IMG/VR virus record: IMGVR_UViG_3300012942_000086
Location: 1 to 37,183 of that record
Direction: 5' to 3' (one strand)
DNA from: a virus
Taxonomy: Duplodnaviria > Caudoviricetes
Length of the DNA: 37,183 bases
Shown: piece by piece, positions 14,967 through 24,233 of the stretch
Numbering within the stretch: position 1 is the first letter of the stretch
Layout: every line of letters begins with the position of its first letter
Program-made: the position numbers and the translations under genes
The notes under the pieces: generated by a model
The model's database searches: none
What the model was told of the DNA's origin: nothing
The model's input: the letters and a program-made list of their open reading frames with translations, nothing else

Positions 14967-15514
14967 CCGAGCCGACTCTGAGCCTCACCGAGGCCGTCAC
15001 CCGCGAGGCCGTGCTGAAAGCGCTCCTGGACGAGGTCCGCGCGGCCTACGAGGAGGCGCGCGCCGAGGTCCAGCACGTCATCGACACGACTGGCGCGACC
15101 GGGGGGAAGGCGGTGCTGCCGGACGGCGCCGAGATCGCCAAGGCCAGCCTCACTGACCCGAAGCCCGCGGCGGTCGTGGTCGACAAGGCGGCGTTCGCCG
15201 AGTGGGTGCGCGAGCACTACGAGACCGAGATCGAGCGGCAGTTCCTCTGGGTGGTGCAGCCGGCGTCGGAGGCGAAGTGGCTCTCCGAGATGACCGCGGC
15301 GGGCGTGCCGCGCGTCGTCGATGACCAGACGGGCGAGGTGCTGGACGTGCCGGGCGTGGAGATCCGCGCCAGCCGGAGCCGGACGCACTCGGTGCGGTTC
15401 GCCAAGGACGGCCGCGAGCGGGTTGCGGAGGCGTGGCGGGCTGGTCGGCTCGGCGCGCTGGTGCTGCCGGAGTTGGCCCCGGCCGCGCCCGAGACGCCCG
15501 AGGCTGCGGCGTGA
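14963..15514 (+). CDS. Hypothetical protein next to Bet
   Basis: GTGA overlap; VDDQTGEVLDVPGVE motif. Confidence 0.7.
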   Translation: MTEPTLSLTEAVTREAVLKALLDEVRAAYEEARAEVQHVIDTTGATGGKAVLPDGAEIAKASLTDPKPAAVVVDKAAFAEWVREHYETEIERQFLWVVQPASEAKWLSEMTAAGVPRVVDDQTGEVLDVPGVEIRASRSRTHSVRFAKDGRERVAEAWRAGRLGALVLPELAPAAPETPEAAA

Positions 15515-15846
15515 CGGCCGACGCCCTGTTCGAGATGGAGGCCGCCCCGTCTGGGGCGGCCCCGTCCGCCGACGCCTACAGCACATGGGTTGCCGAGGTG
15601 CTGCCCGCCTTCGAGCGGGCCGCCCGGTCCGGCGAGGTGTTCATGTTCGCCGACGTGGCCAAGCGCGAGCAGCTCCCCGACCCGCCCAACCCGCGCTCGC
15701 ACTGGGGGCGCCTCGCCCGCCGCCTGGCCGACACGGGCCTGATCGAGCGCGCCGGATTCGGCCAGACCCCGCGCCCGAGCGGCAAGGACTCCGCCGTCCG
15801 CACCTGGCGCGGCGTGCCGGATCGGCATCTCGGAGCCGCCGCATGA
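15511..15846 (+). CDS. Hypothetical protein (possible winged helix)
   Basis: GTGA overlap; PPNPRSHWGRLARRLADTGLIE. Confidence 0.7.
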   Translation: MTADALFEMEAAPSGAAPSADAYSTWVAEVLPAFERAARSGEVFMFADVAKREQLPDPPNPRSHWGRLARRLADTGLIERAGFGQTPRPSGKDSAVRTWRGVPDRHLGAAA

Positions 15847-16079
15847 CCCGCCTCGACGCCCCCGGCAAGGGCTCCGACCAGATCCACCGGATGCGGACGT
15901 ACTGCCGCCCCTGCGGCAAATGGGCCTACTGCTCGCGGCGCGTCGCCAAGAGGGCCGCGCGCGCCTACAACCCGGGCGAGGTGCTCCGCACCTACCTGTG
16001 CCCGGAGCCGTCCGGCGGATACCACATCGGCCACACCCCCCGCCCCATCGTCCGGGGAGAGGCGGACCCCTGGTGGTGA
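15843..16079 (+). CDS. Small Cys/His zinc-binding protein
   Basis: CRPCGKWAY...YLCP....YHIGH. Confidence 0.65.
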   Translation: MTRLDAPGKGSDQIHRMRTYCRPCGKWAYCSRRVAKRAARAYNPGEVLRTYLCPEPSGGYHIGHTPRPIVRGEADPWW

Positions 16080-16240
16080 CCTGCCGCCACTGGGACGGCC
16101 CGGCCGGCGCGCACTGCGACCGGCCGGGCGCCCGTCCCTACCCCTGCGGCTGGCGCTGCCCCGAGCACACCCCAGCCGCCCTCGCCGGGCGCCCCGAGGC
16201 GCCCGCCACCGCCACTCGACCGGAGAGGACCAGCAGATGA
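16076..16240 (+). CDS. Small Cys-rich protein
   Basis: CRHWDG...C...YPCGWRCPEH; coupled overlaps. Confidence 0.6.
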   Translation: MTCRHWDGPAGAHCDRPGARPYPCGWRCPEHTPAALAGRPEAPATATRPERTSR

Positions 16241-16668
16241 ATGCAGCCATCACCCGCATCGTCCATGCGCACTCCCGCGCACGGAACCGCAGTCGCCTGG
16301 TGCTGCTCGCCCTCGCGGACGCCGCCGGGCCGTTCGGGGGCGCAGAGCTGACGGTCGCCGAGATCGCCGAGCGTGCGCACCTGTCGCGCCGGGGGGTGCA
16401 GACCGCCATCCGCGACCTGTGCGCCCTCGGTGAGCTGCTCGTGTTCCCCGGGGGCGCGCAGGGCCAGCCGAACCGGTACTGGGTCATGCCGCCCGCCGAT
16501 CGCCCCGGGCGCACGACCCGGCGGCCGACGCCGACCAGACGTGCACCCCCACCGAGCACGCCGTGCGCACCCCCGCGCAGCCGTGCGCCCCCACCGAGAG
16601 CGAGTAGCACGTGCCCTGGGTCCGATTCGAGGACAGGTTCCCTGCCCACCCGAAGGTCGCGCGGCTGA
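16237..16668 (+). CDS. HTH replication-module protein (possible frameshift; natural stop may be 16607)
   Basis: RLVLLALADAA...TVAEIAERAHLSRRGVQTAIRDLCALGEL...NRYWV. Confidence 0.7.
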   Translation: MNAAITRIVHAHSRARNRSRLVLLALADAAGPFGGAELTVAEIAERAHLSRRGVQTAIRDLCALGELLVFPGGAQGQPNRYWVMPPADRPGRTTRRPTPTRRAPPPSTPCAPPRSRAPPPRASSTCPGSDSRTGSLPTRRSRG

Positions 16669-17582
16669 GCGACAAGGCGTTCCGCATCCACGTCGCCGCG
16701 ATCTGCTGGTGCTCCGCCAACCTGACGGACGGCCACATCACCGCCGACCTCCTGCCGCTGGCCATCGGCCGCCAGCGCGTCCCGAAGGCGGCCGTGGCCG
16801 AGCTGGTGACGGCCGGCCTGTGGGAGCCCGACGGCGCCAACGGGTACCGGGTGCATGACTTCACCGACTACCAGCCGAGCCGGGAGCGGGTGCTCGCGCA
16901 GCGCCGCGCGGACGCCGATCGGCAGGCCCGGCAGCGCGCCCGCGACACCGCCCCGGAGGGCCGCGCGCACCCCGCTCCGGGCGATCTCCGACCGGACTCC
17001 GAGCGAAGTCCGCACGAAGTCCGGGCGAAGTCCGACCGGACATCGCCCGGAGAAAACTCCGAGTTTCCGGAGTATCCGCAGGTCAGCGGCGACCGTCACG
17101 GCGTGAGTCACGGCGCCCCGACCCGACCCGACCCGTATAGCTCTATCCCTACCGGGATAGAGCAGCAGCAGCGGGCGCGCGCGAGCGAGGCCGCCCTGAT
17201 CCCCGACCTCCGGCCGCTGGCCGAGGCGATGCGCGACGCCGGGGTCCCGGTCATGTGGTCGCTCGGCCTCGGCGAGCAGCGCGACCTCGTCCGCCTCGCC
17301 CAGCAGTACGGGCCCGGCGCGATGGCCGAGGCCGCCGCCCACCGCTGGGTGCCCGGCACCGACCCGAAACCGGCCCGCTACTGGGCGCGCGTCTGGGCCG
17401 ACCCCCGCGCCTACCCGGCCGCCGCCGTCCCCGCGGTCTACGACGCGCCGCTGCCCGGCATGCCCGGCCCCGCCCCCGTGATCCCGCTCGCCGCCGCCCG
17501 CCGCCCATCCACCACCGACCAGCGCGTCGCCGACGGCCTCGCCCTCGCCGCCCGACTCCGCGCCCAGGAGGCAGCCCAGTGA
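16611..17582 (+). CDS. Replication initiator (O-like) protein
   Basis: MPWVRFEDRFPAHPKV..WCSANLTDGHI..GLWE..GYRVHDFTDYQPSRE; PTRPDP; internal iterons. Confidence 0.75.
   Translation: MPWVRFEDRFPAHPKVARLSDKAFRIHVAAICWCSANLTDGHITADLLPLAIGRQRVPKAAVAELVTAGLWEPDGANGYRVHDFTDYQPSRERVLAQRRADADRQARQRARDTAPEGRAHPAPGDLRPDSERSPHEVRAKSDRTSPGENSEFPEYPQVSGDRHGVSHGAPTRPDPYSSIPTGIEQQQRARASEAALIPDLRPLAEAMRDAGVPVMWSLGLGEQRDLVRLAQQYGPGAMAEAAAHRWVPGTDPKPARYWARVWADPRAYPAAAVPAVYDAPLPGMPGPAPVIPLAAARRPSTTDQRVADGLALAARLRAQEAAQ
16971..17045 (+). repeat. 11-bp-period iterons, putative replication origin
   Basis: CGAAGTCCG at 17004, 17015 and 17026; degenerate copies at 16971, 16982, 16993 and 17037. Confidence 0.6.
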
Positions 17583-18178
17583 CCCCCGCCGATGCCGCCC
17601 AGCTCCTCGCGTACATCGCCGCGTTCGACCGCCGCACCATCGGCGAGGCCGACGCCCACGCCTGGTCCGAGGCCCTCGCCGACATCCCCCTCGACGGCGA
17701 CGTGCGCGCCGCGGTCGCCGCGCACTACGGCACCACCGACCAGTGGTTGACGCCCGCGCTGGTGCGCGCCGGACGCCAGCGCATCCGCAACGCGAGGGTC
17801 GACGCCGCCGTGCTGGTCGACTCCGGCCGGCCGGACGAGACCGGCGCCGAGTGGGCCGGCCGCCGCCGCCTGGAGGTGCGGGCGGCGGTTGACGGCGCCG
17901 TCCCGGCCCGGACGCCGGTGGCGGCGCTCGACCCGGCGCCGGCCGGACGTCGCGGCGCGCAGGAATTCGCGCAGCAGGTCGGCCGGTCGCTTGACGACCT
18001 GTTCCCCGGCCGGGCCCAGCGGCGCGCGGAGCGGCCGGAACTGGCGGTCGACTGCCCGGTGGGGACGTGCCGGGCGCGGGCGTGGCGCCGCTGCCGTACC
18101 CCGTCCGGCCGCGAGATCCGCACGGACGTCCACGCGAGCCGCCGTGACGCCTACCAGGCGCAGGGCGGCACCCGGTGA
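17579..18178 (+). CDS. Helicase loader/inhibitor (G39P-like) with C-terminal zinc finger
   Basis: AAQLLAYIAAFDRRTIGEADAHAWSEALAD; CPVGTCRA...C...H. Confidence 0.65.
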   Translation: MTPADAAQLLAYIAAFDRRTIGEADAHAWSEALADIPLDGDVRAAVAAHYGTTDQWLTPALVRAGRQRIRNARVDAAVLVDSGRPDETGAEWAGRRRLEVRAAVDGAVPARTPVAALDPAPAGRRGAQEFAQQVGRSLDDLFPGRAQRRAERPELAVDCPVGTCRARAWRRCRTPSGREIRTDVHASRRDAYQAQGGTR

Positions 18179-18360
18179 CCCGCGAGCCGAGATCGCCCGC
18201 GAGCGGGGCTGTGCGCGCGGTTCTCGCGGCTGCCCTGGTCGACGCCGCGCCCGGCCGCTACAACCCCGGCGCGCACCCCGTGGACCCTGGAGCCGTCCGC
18301 GACGCCGAGCACCTGTTGAGCCGCCTCGCCGAGGCCGGCTACCACATCACCCACGTGTGA
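18175..18360 (+). CDS. Hypothetical protein
   Basis: GTGA overlap. Confidence 0.55.
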   Translation: MTREPRSPASGAVRAVLAAALVDAAPGRYNPGAHPVDPGAVRDAEHLLSRLAEAGYHITHV

Positions 18361-18418
18361 CCGACGCCACAAGACGGGGGTGGCGGAAACGCAGACACCC
18401 CACCCCCGGACACGCTAA

Positions 18419-18441
18419 GTTCGTCACGCGAAACGAACTCC
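18419..18441 (+). promoter_or_regulatory. Remote copy of the immunity operator upstream of ssb
   Basis: GTTCGTCACGCGAAACGAACTCC is 20/23 identical to 12573-12595. Confidence 0.6.
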
Positions 18442-18454
18442 CGGAGGAACTTGT

Positions 18455-18937
18455 ATGGCAGGCGAGACGCAGATCAGCATCGTCGGGAACCTCGTAGAGG
18501 ACCCGCAGCTGAGGTTCACCCCCTCTGGCGTGGCCGTCGCGAACTTCCGCATCGCGTCCACCCCCCGCACGTTCGACCGGCAGGCCAACGAGTGGAAGGA
18601 CGGCGACAGCCTGTTCCTCACCTGCAACGCCTGGCGCCAGCTCGCCGAGAACGCCGCCGAGTCCCTCCGCCGCGGCATGCGCTGCATCGTCACCGGCCGC
18701 CTCACCCAGCGCTCCTGCGAGACCCGCGACGGCGAGAAGCGGACGGTGTTCGAGGTCGAGGTCGACGAGGTCGGCCCGTCCCTGCGCAACGCCACCGCCA
18801 CCGTCAACAAGGCCAACCGGCTCGCGCAGGGGGCGAACGGGGCGCCGCAGGGCGGCGGTTGGGGCCAGCAGCAGCCGGCCGCCAACGCCAACCCCTGGGC
18901 CACGCAGCCGGGCGCCCCCGACGAGGCGCCGTTCTGA
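18455..18937 (+). CDS. ssb: Single-stranded DNA-binding protein
   Basis: [31 protein letters not shown]...; C-terminal DEAPF. Confidence 0.97.
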   Translation: MAGETQISIVGNLVEDPQLRFTPSGVAVANFRIASTPRTFDRQANEWKDGDSLFLTCNAWRQLAENAAESLRRGMRCIVTGRLTQRSCETRDGEKRTVFEVEVDEVGPSLRNATATVNKANRLAQGANGAPQGGGWGQQQPAANANPWATQPGAPDEAPF

Positions 18938-18966
18938 CCTGCACCTACTCACCGAGAGAAGCCCTC

Positions 18967-19251
18967 ATGATCTTCGAACCACTCCCCGGCGACCGCGGCG
19001 CTGCCTTGAGGCAGCAGCACCAGGCGAACGCCGCTGAACTCCGCAGCCGCCCCGGCGAATGGGCGCGCGTCTCCAGCCACCCGAACCCCGAAGCAGCCGC
19101 GTGCGCTGCCGCCGGGATCCGCGGCAATGGTCGCCGCCGGATCCGCGCCTACTCCGACGGCCCCGGCCGCTTCGAGGCGACCGCCCGCACCGTCGACGGC
19201 GAGCACCGGGTGTACGCCCGCTACATCGCCCCCGACGCGCCGCAGCAGTAG
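18967..19251 (+). CDS. Hypothetical protein
   Basis: AELRSRPGEWARV...FEATARTVDGEHRVYARY. Confidence 0.65.
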   Translation: MIFEPLPGDRGAALRQQHQANAAELRSRPGEWARVSSHPNPEAAACAAAGIRGNGRRRIRAYSDGPGRFEATARTVDGEHRVYARYIAPDAPQQ

Positions 19252-19286
19252 CCCCCGCCAGCCCTCAACCACCAGGAGGCCCCGCC

Positions 19287-19796
19287 ATGGCCGACATCGA
19301 GACCCTGTACACCGACTACGAGGACGACCGAGTCACCGTCGCCGATGGCGCCACCAACGGAATGCGGCTGCTCTACGCCGACCGTCAGGGCGTGTACGTG
19401 CCCGCCGACCGCATCCCGTCGATCCGCGCCGCCCTCAACGGCCAGCCCACGCCCGCCGAGGCGACCGCCCGCGCCGACGCCCTCCGCGAGGCCGCCGAGG
19501 CCGCCGCCTTGCTGGGCTCCGCCTGGACGATCTTCGCCGGATGGCTCATCCACCGCGCCACCAACCCCGAGGAAGCCGCCCAGCTCCGCGCCGAGGACGC
19601 CGACATCCGCACCTGGGCCGAGGCCGAGCGCGCCGCCATCGAGCAGCCCCGCACGTGGGCCGACCCTGCGCCGGCCGCCGACGCCGAGCCCGTCCCGTGC
19701 CAGACCTGCGGCAGCCCGTACCCCAACGACCACGCGCCCGGCTGCCCCATCTCCTGGTCCCACGCCGTCCCCGCGCCGCGCCCGGCCGCCGGGTGA
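19287..19796 (+). CDS. Hypothetical protein with C-terminal Cys/His motif
   Basis: SD AGGAGG; CQTC...H..GC. Confidence 0.7.
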   Translation: MADIETLYTDYEDDRVTVADGATNGMRLLYADRQGVYVPADRIPSIRAALNGQPTPAEATARADALREAAEAAALLGSAWTIFAGWLIHRATNPEEAAQLRAEDADIRTWAEAERAAIEQPRTWADPAPAADAEPVPCQTCGSPYPNDHAPGCPISWSHAVPAPRPAAG

Positions 19797-19915
19797 CCTG
19801 GCACCTCGCCCGCGCCATCGCCGAGGACACGCTCGCCCTCCTGGCCGTCCTCGGCGGTGCCGCCGCCCTCCTCGCCCTCCTCCTGACCGCACTCGCCCCA
19901 CGGAGGCGACCATGA
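19793..19915 (+). CDS. Small membrane protein
   Basis: GTGA/ATGA overlaps; hydrophobic stretch. Confidence 0.5.
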   Translation: MTWHLARAIAEDTLALLAVLGGAAALLALLLTALAPRRRP

Positions 19916-20835
19916 GCCCCCGAGCCGCACAGATCCGCCACACGCCCCACCTCGACACCCACCGCGACGGCGACTGGCGCGACTACGCTGCCTGCGCGGC
20001 AGCGGTCGCCCGCGGCGAAGCGCAGCACGACTGGTGGTTCGCCACCGGCGGCCAAGAACAGGCCGACGCCCTCGCCATCTGCGACAGCTGCCCCGTCCGC
20101 GCCCAGTGCCGGCAGTGGGCCGAGCAGATCGAAGACCGCGACGCCACCCTCGGCGGCCTCACCCCCGACCAGCGCCTCACCGGCCACATCCGCCCCGAAT
20201 GCGGCACCGGCCGCGGCATGTACCTCCACCAGCTCAACCGCGAATCCCCCTGCGTCCAGTGCGAACGACACCGTGAGGAAGCGCGGATCGAGCGCATCCG
20301 CGCCAACCGCCTGCCGCCCCGTCACCGCGAGGTCGCCGCCGCTTGCCGAGGCATGCAAACCGTCGCCGACGTCGTCGAGCGCACCGGCAAATCCCGGCAG
20401 CGCGTCAGCGAGATCCTCCGCGACTTCCGCCGCGCCTGGGATCTCCCCACCGACGCCAAGCCGATCACGATCCACGCCGAGGGCCGGCGCCGCGGCGCCC
20501 TCGAACCCCCCGCGCCCACACCGCCATCCCCCATCCGCAGCACCGTCACCGCCGAGCACGGCACCTACGCCGCCTGCCAGCAGCACCGGCGCCGCCGCGA
20601 GCCCATGTGCCCGCCCTGCAAGGAGACCTACCGCGCCTACAACCGCGAGCAGGCCGCCCGCAAGCGCGCCGGAATCCCCCGGAAGCCGCCACGCCGCGTC
20701 AAGGCGCCCTGCGGCACCCGCTCTGCCTACAAGCGGCACCTGGCCCAGGGCGAGGAGCCGTGCGCGGCGTGCCGGGAGGCGAATGCCGCCGCGTCGAGCC
20801 GGTGGCGCAACCGGAAGGCGGCGGTGCCCGCGTGA
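19912..20835 (+). CDS. WhiB-family regulator fused to an HTH-like segment and three HGT/CGT zinc-ribbon repeats
   Basis: DWRDYAAC...ICDSCPVRAQC...LGGLTPDQR, then ECGT..CVQC, EHGT..CPPC and PCGT..CAAC. Confidence 0.8.
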   Translation: MSPRAAQIRHTPHLDTHRDGDWRDYAACAAAVARGEAQHDWWFATGGQEQADALAICDSCPVRAQCRQWAEQIEDRDATLGGLTPDQRLTGHIRPECGTGRGMYLHQLNRESPCVQCERHREEARIERIRANRLPPRHREVAAACRGMQTVADVVERTGKSRQRVSEILRDFRRAWDLPTDAKPITIHAEGRRRGALEPPAPTPPSPIRSTVTAEHGTYAACQQHRRRREPMCPPCKETYRAYNREQAARKRAGIPRKPPRRVKAPCGTRSAYKRHLAQGEEPCAACREANAAASSRWRNRKAAVPA

Positions 20836-20987
20836 TCCCCGCCCCGTCCGTCCGGCCGCTGCCCGCGCCCGCCCGGGTGCTGCCGGTCAGCCTGCCGGAC
20901 CCCGACCACCACCAGCACGTCACCGGCCCCGGCCGCGCCTGCCGGTGCCCGCACTGCCACCCCGACACCTGGGAGACCGCCGCATGA
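20832..20987 (+). CDS. Small Cys/His-rich protein
   Basis: GTGA/ATGA overlaps; CRCPHCH. Confidence 0.5.
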   Translation: MIPAPSVRPLPAPARVLPVSLPDPDHHQHVTGPGRACRCPHCHPDTWETAA

Positions 20988-21775
20988 CCCAGCCCCGCAT
21001 CCTCCGCGTCCACGGCACCATCACCGCCCACCTCCAGGACGCCCCCGACGTTGAGCTGCACGACGGCGCCCGCATGAAGCCGCACGCCATCGAGGTCCGC
21101 TACCCCGACCCCGCCAACACCGACCCGCTCGACCAGGAGCCGACCGTCACCATCGACGGCCACGCCTACAAGACGGACGGGACCCTCGGTCGCCGCCCCC
21201 GCTGGCGGAAGTGGGACCCCGCCCTCGGCCAGACGCCGCCCGCGTGGGCGATCCGCCTCGTCGAACAGCTCCGGCCCACCACACCCGGCGGCGACCGCCT
21301 GAGCCGCGACGACTACCCGTGCCGCATCCGCACCGAACACGGCCCGATCTGGCACATGGCCGCCAGGCGGAGCACAGGCGACAGCCCGCAGGCCACGTAC
21401 CGCACGGCGTGTGGCCTGCGGACGGTCCCTGCTGCCGAAACCACCACCAACCCGTACCCGACACCGCTGTGCCGCGCCTGCATTGCCCAGCCGTGGCGCC
21501 AGGACAGCGACCGCCCCCCGACGACCGCCGAGACCCTCGCCCCGATCGTGCGCCTCGAATACCCGGACGCACTGACCATGACCGCCGAGGACGTTGCCCG
21601 CACGCTCACCGAGATCGCCTCCGTCGCCGACGACCCGGAGGCCGCGCACGGCGGGGAGGACTCGCTTCACCGCACCGTGCTCGCGGCCGTCGCCGCCGGG
21701 CACCCCGACGCGCAGGTGCTCGCCGCCGCCGCGCTGCGCACCCGCCACATCCCCGGCGACCGCTGGTACGCCTGA
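20984..21775 (+). CDS. Hypothetical multidomain protein
   Basis: ATGA overlap; C-terminal DPEAAHGGEDSLHR...RWYA. Confidence 0.65.
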   Translation: MTQPRILRVHGTITAHLQDAPDVELHDGARMKPHAIEVRYPDPANTDPLDQEPTVTIDGHAYKTDGTLGRRPRWRKWDPALGQTPPAWAIRLVEQLRPTTPGGDRLSRDDYPCRIRTEHGPIWHMAARRSTGDSPQATYRTACGLRTVPAAETTTNPYPTPLCRACIAQPWRQDSDRPPTTAETLAPIVRLEYPDALTMTAEDVARTLTEIASVADDPEAAHGGEDSLHRTVLAAVAAGHPDAQVLAAAALRTRHIPGDRWYA

Positions 21776-21845
21776 CCCCGCTGCTGTGCCCGCCCGGCCG
21801 CAGCACCCCACCGGCACCCGCCGGGACACGAGAGGACCGAGACCG

Positions 21846-22244
21846 ATGGGCTACTACACCAGCGTCAGCGGCGAATTCGCCATCGAACCGCCGCTCACCT
21901 GGGCGGAGTTCAAGGACAGCCCGTTCAACGGGCGTTCCCTGGACGCCTACGACGGCATCAAGGAGGTCGCGCTGCGCAGCGTTGAGGAGCGCGTCGACAC
22001 CGAGGAGGGCACCCTGACCCGGGTCACCGCCACCGCGCTGGTCCCGGAGTCCGAGGAGGCGCGGCGGTACTACAACCTCGTCGAGCACCTCCAGGAGGCG
22101 ATCGACGCCTTCCCCGGCCACACCTTCACGGGCCGCTTTCACTGCGAGGGCGAGGACACCGGCGACCTGTGGCGGGTCATCATCCGCAACGGCCGCGCGG
22201 TGAAGGTCGAGCCCGAGATCGTGTGGCCCGACGACGCTGTCTGA
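21846..22244 (+). CDS. Hypothetical acidic protein
   Basis: SD GAGGA; MGYYTSVSGEFAIEPPLTW. Confidence 0.75.
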   Translation: MGYYTSVSGEFAIEPPLTWAEFKDSPFNGRSLDAYDGIKEVALRSVEERVDTEEGTLTRVTATALVPESEEARRYYNLVEHLQEAIDAFPGHTFTGRFHCEGEDTGDLWRVIIRNGRAVKVEPEIVWPDDAV

Positions 22245-22356
22245 CCCGCTGTCGTGGCGTGGTCGTCCCCGCGCCGGCCACGCCACCGGACTCGCACCCC
22301 AGACGACTCCCCACACGGCCCCCATGACGCACCCCACACCACGGAGGAATGACCCG

Positions 22357-23367
22357 ATGGACCCGATCGAGCTGCCCCACCGCGTCCCCGACGCCTCTGG
22401 CACGAGCACGCTCACCATCACCCGCGGCGACGGCATTGCCGCCCTGGACATCGCCGAGCCCCACAGCAGCGGCGGCGCCGGCGTCGCCATCGCCACCGAG
22501 CAGGTCGACCAGGCGTGTGACGCCATCCGCGCCGCCGCCGGCCTCGACAGCACCGAACGCGCCGCCGTCCGCCGCGCCGTCGAGTACATCGCCTCCGCGC
22601 CCAGCAACGGCGACGTGTGGGCCCGCATCGGCATGCGCCTCGGCTGGACCCCGGAGCAGGCCGGGATGCGCGCCCGCAAGATCCGGACCGCCGAGGAGCG
22701 CGTCGCCCGCCGGGACGCCGAGGCCGCTAAGCAGCACGCCGACGAGGTCTACCGGCAGCTCGCCGCCGTCCGTGACGCCCTCGGCCTGCCCGACGTCGAC
22801 CCCGTTCCGCACGTGCGGCAGCTCCGCGACGAGCTGGCCGCCGCGCAGGCCACCGTGCAGCGGCAGGCCGCCGTCATCGACCGGCTGCTCGCCGAGCCCG
22901 ACCACGACCCGCGCGGCGACGACCCCGCCGACACCGAGCCCAGCCCGACCGAGGCCGACGAGGACACCGACGCGCTCCGCGACGAGCTGGAGCGCGGGCG
23001 CGCCGAGCTCAACACCGCCCAGGAGGTCGCGAAGCGGTACGCCGACGTGGTCGACCGCTTCCGCAAGGCGCTCCACCGCTACGACGACGACACCGACAAG
23101 CTCCACCGCGACCTGGCGACCGCCCGCGAAGAGCTGGAGGAGGCCCGCGCCAAGCTCGACCGCCTGAGCGGGCCACCCACCACCCGCGCCGCCGCCCCAC
23201 GCGCCACCACCCCGGCGCCGGACCTGGGAACACAGCTCACCGCCGCCCTCCAGCAGGCCGCCACCAGCTACGCCAACTCCGTGCTGACGCGCGCCCTCAC
23301 CGCCGCCCGGGTGCTCGACCACGTCACCCGCGCCACTACCCCGACCAACACCGAGCAGGAGGCCTGA
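22357..23367 (+). CDS. Coiled-coil hypothetical protein
   Basis: SD GGAGG; heptad-rich. Alternative start at 22324. Confidence 0.7.
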   Translation: MDPIELPHRVPDASGTSTLTITRGDGIAALDIAEPHSSGGAGVAIATEQVDQACDAIRAAAGLDSTERAAVRRAVEYIASAPSNGDVWARIGMRLGWTPEQAGMRARKIRTAEERVARRDAEAAKQHADEVYRQLAAVRDALGLPDVDPVPHVRQLRDELAAAQATVQRQAAVIDRLLAEPDHDPRGDDPADTEPSPTEADEDTDALRDELERGRAELNTAQEVAKRYADVVDRFRKALHRYDDDTDKLHRDLATAREELEEARAKLDRLSGPPTTRAAAPRATTPAPDLGTQLTAALQQAATSYANSVLTRALTAARVLDHVTRATTPTNTEQEA

Positions 23368-23369
23368 CC

Positions 23370-23708
23370 GTGGCCGAGCACGACCCCGCCGAGCAGCCCG
23401 AGCGCGAGCACGACATCACCCTCACCGTCCGCATCCAGGCCCGCGGCGACTACTACTTCGACGCCGACGACCTCGCCGCCAACGCCCGCCAGTGGATCGA
23501 CGCCGCGCTGGAGGACCGCGACGACATCCACACCGTCACCATCACCGAGGCCGAGCCCGTCCCCGTGCTGGGGCCGCCCGCGTGCGGCGAGACCGTCACC
23601 GCCCACGGCGTCGACTACCAGTGCCCGCTCCCGATCCGCCACCACGGCGCATGCACCCCGCCCGTCACCATCACCGCCCACACCATGCCCGAGGAGGCCG
23701 GACGATGA
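23370..23708 (+). CDS. Hypothetical protein
   Basis: SD GGAGG; codon usage. Confidence 0.65.
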   Translation: MAEHDPAEQPEREHDITLTVRIQARGDYYFDADDLAANARQWIDAALEDRDDIHTVTITEAEPVPVLGPPACGETVTAHGVDYQCPLPIRHHGACTPPVTITAHTMPEEAGR

Positions 23709-24166
23709 CCCGACAGGACCGCGTCTACGCCCAGCACGCCGACCTCCTCGGCACCGCCCCCCGCACACCCGAGCTGGAGGCCGACATCCGCCGCGACCTC
23801 CGCGCCGCACGCCGCTCCCACCGCCGCCGCCCCACCATCGCCGTCTACGCCGGAGCCATCGCCCACGGCCTCCGCGCCGGCACCAGCGTCCTCCTCGGCC
23901 GCCACCCCGAGCCCACGCCCGCGGACCCGCAGCCGGGCAGGGAGATGCTGCACCTCTTCCACCGCCCCGGCCCCGACGACCCCGACACCCGCCGATCCCT
24001 TGTCGTCTCCCGCCCCTGGACCGACGGCCGCGTCTGCCTCCACTCCGTCGACCTCGACGGCTTCAACGGCCCCACGCAGGTGGTGTTCGCGGTCGCGCCC
24101 GAGGACGTGCAGCGCCTCGCCGACCAGCTCCACTACTACGCCGGCCGCCCCACCCTGCCGCGCTGA
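23705..24166 (+). CDS. Hypothetical protein
   Basis: ATGA overlap, SD GAGGAGG. Confidence 0.6.
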   Translation: MTRQDRVYAQHADLLGTAPRTPELEADIRRDLRAARRSHRRRPTIAVYAGAIAHGLRAGTSVLLGRHPEPTPADPQPGREMLHLFHRPGPDDPDTRRSLVVSRPWTDGRVCLHSVDLDGFNGPTQVVFAVAPEDVQRLADQLHYYAGRPTLPR

Positions 24167-24233
24167 CCCACCCCGGCCGGGCGCCACCACCACGGCGCCC
24201 GGCCACACACCGACCAGTCGGTATGCTGAGATC

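Noticed and set aside
18419-18438. LexA/SOS box upstream of ssb
   Set aside because: It does not fit the actinobacterial TCGAAC-N4-GTTCGA arrangement and matches the phage's own operator better.
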